DNA of 63,547 bases, counting the filler, from Stramenopiles sp. TOSAG23-3 (lineage: Eukaryota), in the NCBI GenBank assembly GCA_900128585.1. It is 40 parts of 40 records of this genome, joined end to end, with 100 filler letters (N's around TTAATTAATTAA, not from the genome) between each part and the next. Parts side by side here need not be neighbours in the genome. Positions count along the whole stretch, not along the records: positions 58,910 to 60,389 come from LT645795.1; positions 60,490 to 61,968 come from LT645796.1; positions 62,069 to 63,547 come from LT645797.1; 37 more parts are not named here. One strand, 5' to 3'. Shown piece after piece: positions 59,732 to 63,547 of this stretch. Within the stretch, counting starts at the first letter, position 1. The number at the start of each line of letters is the position of its first letter. The notes below the pieces were generated by a model that saw only the letters and a program-made list of their open reading frames with translations, was not told the origin of the DNA and ran no database searches. Both the position numbers and the translations under genes were made by a program.

Positions 59732-60389
59732 ATGAAATTTACTACTGCATGTATAGCCGCTGTTGCGGCCTTTACCCTGACTCCTGGCGCCAACGCAAAC
59801 TGGTTCAGCTGCAACAACCAGTGTGGTGCACAGAAAAATATTGGCAAGGGCCTTTGTGTACAAGGAAATTATCCCAAAGCCCAGGAAATGTGCAATGTCA
59901 ACGTTGCCCAAACCTATAAACGATGCAAACAGAAGTGCGCCAGCCGAAGACTACGCGGTGACGCTATTGCCGCGAATCTTGATGACGTGTACCGTGGGAG
60001 TATGCTACACCGACCATCAGATATGTTTGATCAAGGCTTGGTGCCGGATAAAAAGCGTTGTTTGGAAGCAATGGCTCGTGTGTGCCCAGGCGAGCAGAAA
60101 AAGGGAATGGTGTGCCAGGCGTGCATCCAAGAGCACAGCGACCAGCTCCGCTCACTCTGCGCACACACACAGTCAGGACGTGAATTCTGCTGGAATAATG
60201 ATGAACCTGATGACGATGATGACCTTGTCGGCACTTTTCGACAGCTGGCAAGAAAACGACGACTGCGAAAACAAAAACTCAGTAGCACTATGAAAAAATG
60301 CCTACTAAGAAATGTGCATAAAATGGGAAAATGCAAAATGGAATTCCGGTGTAATCAAGCTAGCTCTGACTGTATCCATGTAAAATGTC
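59732..60389 (+). CDS. Secreted cysteine-rich precursor with RRL sites, partial
   Basis: Signal peptide; three Cys modules separated by RRLR motifs. Confidence 0.8.
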
Positions 60390-60489
60390 NNNNNNNNNNN
60401 NNNNNNNNNNNNNNNNNNNNNNNNNNNNNNNNNTTAATTAATTAANNNNNNNNNNNNNNNNNNNNNNNNNNNNNNNNNNNNNNNNNNNN

Positions 60490-61491
60490 GAACCCGTAGG
60501 TGATCAGCAAGTCAGGGTTGGTCATAATCCCGTAACTAATGAATACCTCCTCCCCTTCCTTGTAATCCGAGTCCGTGTACACCCTGAGTTCTTGGTGTTC
60601 GTCGTTGTAATCGTACGAAAATTGCAGCGCTGGGCGTGGGTTGTGGTGGTTGAGCATGTCGCAGAAAGGCACCATCAAAGACACGATTCCCTTCTCATCG
60701 TCCTTCAGATCGGCGCCTTTGTCTGCGCCAAAAATGGTATGGCCGTACCTGCCGGTTACGTTCAGGGCAAACGACCTCGAGAGGGTCGTTGCGTATGCCC
60801 ATGCAAAGTTCTCGTACGTGAATTGGCCCTTACCGAAGAAATCCCTCATCACAGGCGTCAGCTCGGCATATACTTTTTCAATTTTCTTACGTTGCTTCCG
60901 CGCGCGTGCGATGATAGGGCATTGGTCTTCATGCGGACACTGCAGCAAGCCAAGATCTGCCGGCTCCCAGAATAGCAGGTGCCCGAGGTTCTCTTTTGCC
61001 GGCATGACCCCTATGTACTCTGCCCACTCGGAGTCTGGCTGAAAACGTTCGTACAGCAGGTGCAACGCCAGCACAATTTTTTCCCCCACGACAGGCTTCA
61101 GCATGCCTAGAACCGACCCAATCTTCGATTTCATAGCCGATAAGTGCGACATAAAAAACTTGTTTGAGACCGTGAACAATAAATCCCCTCGCGCAAAGTC
61201 CTTCGTGGCCTTAAGGCCGCGGTGAGGGCCTTCCCCGGGCAACTTGCCAGGAAAGTATGCAATCTCCACCCCTTCCGGGCGAAACTCTTTCTTTTCTAAC
61301 CAAGAAATGAATTTCTCTTCAGCCTCCCCAAGGCTTAGGGGATTTTGTGCCGTGCTTTTAGATTCTTTACCAACTACTTCGGCAGCCGGCTGAGTATCGG
61401 CCGAACTGCAACAACAAAAAAACACTGCACACAAACACACAACTAAGCGCCAGTTGTTGGTTGAACCCGGCTGAAAGCGTCGGAGTCCCAT
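60490..61491 (-). CDS. SET-domain methyltransferase (Rubisco LSMT/SETD3-like) with signal-like N-terminus, partial
   Basis: RGLKATKD, MVPFCDMLNHH, GEEVFISYG, LLITYGF. Confidence 0.93.
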
Positions 61492-61889
61492 GATAGGCTT
61501 CTTTAGTTTACAAGAAGAACAAACCTTTGAAGCAGCAAACGTTTACGAAAAAATACTAATAAATGCTGCTGCAATTTCAAGTATGCTAAACGTATACTCT
61601 TCATGTTTCAAACGGCACTTCCACTCGTTCATTTATACATTCCTTCATTGATTTAACAAAATGTTAAAAATACACTTGTGTGTCAACAAACATCTTTTTT
61701 ATTCTTCCAATATAATAATAAAAATAATAATTATTTGGTGGATGGATAAAATTATTTATTATTATTTTTTTTTTTCTTCTTCTTCTTCTTGTTGCTGTTT
61801 CTACTTTTTGGGTCCCTGGTACCACCAGGTATAATATTAATACCTGTACCTGTATTGTATTATACCTGGGGTACCTGGGTACCGTACGG

Positions 61890-61968
61890 GGATTACAAGG
61901 AAGGGGAGGAGGTATTCATTAGTTACGGGATTATGACCAACCCTGACTTGCTGATCACCTACGGGTTC
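61890..61968 (+). repeat. 79-bp inverted copy of SET coding sequence (60490-60568)
   Basis: Exact reverse complement. Confidence 0.95.
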
Positions 61969-62068
61969 NNNNNNNNNNNNNNNNNNNNNNNNNNNNNNNN
62001 NNNNNNNNNNNNTTAATTAATTAANNNNNNNNNNNNNNNNNNNNNNNNNNNNNNNNNNNNNNNNNNNN

Positions 62069-63048
62069 TGTTTTGAAAACGCAAATTCTTTTAATAATAA
62101 TTTATAATCCATTAATAAACGAGAACGCTTTTCTAATGAAAAATTAACTAATAACTGATTAATAGCAAACTCATTTAATGTTTTTTTATCAGCTATTATT
62201 AAATTTTCTTGTAAATCATTAAAATTATTGAATTTAATATTATTATTATTATTTCGAGTTTGTTTTTGATTGATAAAGAAAGTTCAAGTATTTTCTAAAT
62301 TTTTAAAATTTTGATTTAAAATTAAAGAACGATCCTCTTGAATATGTAAACTACTTTTTTTATTATACTCACGAAAAGTTAATAAACGAGTTGTTTTACG
62401 TTGTTTATTTAAATCAATTAAACGATGTCACCTTTTTCATAATTGATTATGAAAACGTGAAGCAAAAAAATGTCATAATGTATCTGATTCAAAACTAATC
62501 AAATCTCCTATTTGTAAACGATAACTAGGTTCTTTTTTTAAACCGTAATTAATTTGTAAACCTCTAGTTTTAATAAACATATTAGCTAAAAAAATAGTAG
62601 GAGTTAATTTCATTCTAAAACTGATAACATCTAGACGAGTTTCAAACATTTTAAAAAAATTAATAATTTTAAATTGACGACTTTTATTATATTGATGTTT
62701 AAATCAATTGCGTATTTTAGAGTCATCAAGTTTTCTATAAAAACTTAAAAACCCTTTTTTACGATATAATTCAACTTTGTATAAATTTTTTTGAAGATAA
62801 AATCTTACTTTACGTCGTTTTTTTGACGAAAAATTAAAAAATTTAAGTCCAAAAATATAACGCATTTTATATCATTTTAAACTATGAATTCCTCTTACTT
62901 TGCGTCATTTATCTCCTTTATGTCAACGCAAAAATTTTAAAACGCGACGATCATGAAAAAAACGAAGACGATTTAAACGAGAAACAAATGTTTTATCTTG
63001 TACATTATATACTATTTTTAAATGAGGTTTATATCAATTTTTTCTCAT
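62069..63048 (-). CDS. rps4: Mitochondrial ribosomal protein S4 (TGA=Trp), 3' partial
   Basis: FETRLDVISFRMKL...EPSYRLQIGDLISF; frame open with only TGA interruptions. Confidence 0.92.
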
Positions 63049-63051
63049 AAT

Positions 63052-63547
63052 TTAATATAATAAATTTTTTAATTTTTTAAATAAAATACGGTAAAAAAGC
63101 TCATGTTCTTCACGAGAACTTACCAAAAAGCTTTGTTCTATTAAACGTACCATAAATTCTATTAATAAAAATGAATCATCATTTCCTATAAGTGAAATAC
63201 TTGCAGATTTCATATTTTTATCTGAATCTACTAATCCTACAGAAACTAAACGTATAAGATCTGATTCATGTAATAAACCTTTATCTGCAGTTAATGCAAA
63301 TAAAAAATCAGGAAAAGCTGGTTGATTTCCTTTAGAAATACGACCTGCTAATTTTTTCATTAATAAATGGCGTGTTTTAGATACATGTTTTTTTTTTAAT
63401 AAATCTTTAAAAACTAATAAAACAAAAGCTCATAATTTAGATCAATTAGAAAGTAAACCTCCATATCAATTAGTACCTACATATCCTAAAAAATGAGGAT
63501 ATCTATTATTTTTTAATTGAAAATGTCATTCTAAAAAATTATTTAAT
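63052..63547 (-). CDS. rps2: Mitochondrial ribosomal protein S2 (TGA=Trp), 5' partial
   Basis: N[TGA]YGGLLSN[TGA] matches WxGGxLxNW; FPD, VDSD, GNDDS. Confidence 0.9.

Noticed and set aside
60490-61968. Terminal inverted repeats as transposon TIRs or nanochromosome ends
   Set aside because: The repeat is a piece of SET coding sequence, and perfect terminal matches are exactly 79 bp on four contigs, pointing to k-mer overlap and fold-back chimera

Overview
This is not a contiguous locus. It is an artificial concatenation of 40 short contigs, sorted by size from 1504 down to 1479 bp and joined by a 100-nt linker (44 N, TTAATTAATTAA, 44 N), so neighbours across linkers are not genomic neighbours. 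The content is mostly eukaryotic nuclear DNA from protist(s): intron-poor genes, one clear GT-AG intron (cpn10), and AT-rich low-complexity intergenic DNA. There is also one mitochondrial fragment (rps2-rps4, TGA=Trp). A heterotrophic stramenopile (MAST-like) single-cell or metagenome bin is my inference, and two colinear homologues with opposite codon GC suggest more than one genome. Recognisable genes include cpn10, RRS1, ING, BABAM1, MRS2, OS-9/ERLEC1, Mpv17, a TKL kinase, a CNG-type K+ channel, and SET, fasciclin and EF-hand proteins. Mobile or virus-like items include a Kolobok/Mutator-type transposase, a gag-like ORF, an NCLDV-style ZnF-endonuclease, a tail-fibre-like protein, DUF285/DUF1810 and a Helitron-like 3' end. 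Best candidate for new biology: an NB-ARC (NLR-type) NTPase with a SAM-like domain inserted inside the NOD module, and a myristoylated, bacterial-type caspase with an N-terminal SAM-like domain, possibly a SAM-coupled NLR-caspase immune/death pathway (they are on different contigs). A 1411-bp circularly assembling unit that is almost exactly one CDS is also notable. All domain calls are by eye; no searches were run.
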